From Sphacelaria rigidula (taxonomy: Eukaryota): 36,134 bases of DNA. The position numbers and the translations under genes are program-made. Below, one piece after another: positions 36,062 to 36,134 of the stretch (position 1 is its first letter; every line of letters starts with the position of its first letter). The notes under the pieces were generated by a model. That model did not search any database. It worked only from the letters and a program-made list of their open reading frames with translations, and had not been told where the DNA came from. The stretch covers positions 1-36,134 of the forward strand of contig CAXNAA020000019.1 in the NCBI GenBank assembly GCA_964200075.2, written 5' to 3'.

Positions 36062-36134
36062 ATTATTACAAAAATTGTCACGAACAAGTATTTTAAGTAT
36101 ATTGTGTTCCAAGAATACAAGGAGAAAGAAAAAA

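Overview
Eukaryotic, intron-rich genomic DNA with GT-AG introns. Gene structure and composition suggest a brown alga or related stramenopile; this is inference. Spliced by hand, the window holds five genes: (1) a minus-strand gene running off the left edge, with a weak F-box-like N-terminus, a long Ser-rich disordered region and a beta-propeller-like segment; (2) two exons of a YccU-like CoA-binding protein; (3) ten phase-consistent exons of a PP2A scaffold (A) subunit, 5' exons missing; (4) a single-exon orphan ORF; (5) GCN1, with six exons including one of 5261 bp, probably continuing past the window. A 10-N assembly gap at 7890-7899 probably hides the missing ends of genes 2 and 3. The introns carry many non-autonomous DNA transposons. 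These include a TTAA piggyBac-type element, a deleted copy of it nested in a 44-bp hairpin tandem array that is itself bounded by inverted repeats, a TTGA-flanked piggyBac-like element, a hAT-like MITE with an 8-bp TSD, and a 552-bp Stowaway-like foldback. I found no CRISPR array, RNA gene or intact transposase, and I cannot support a wholly new system. The most unusual structure is the nested element and array cluster in GCN1 intron 1.
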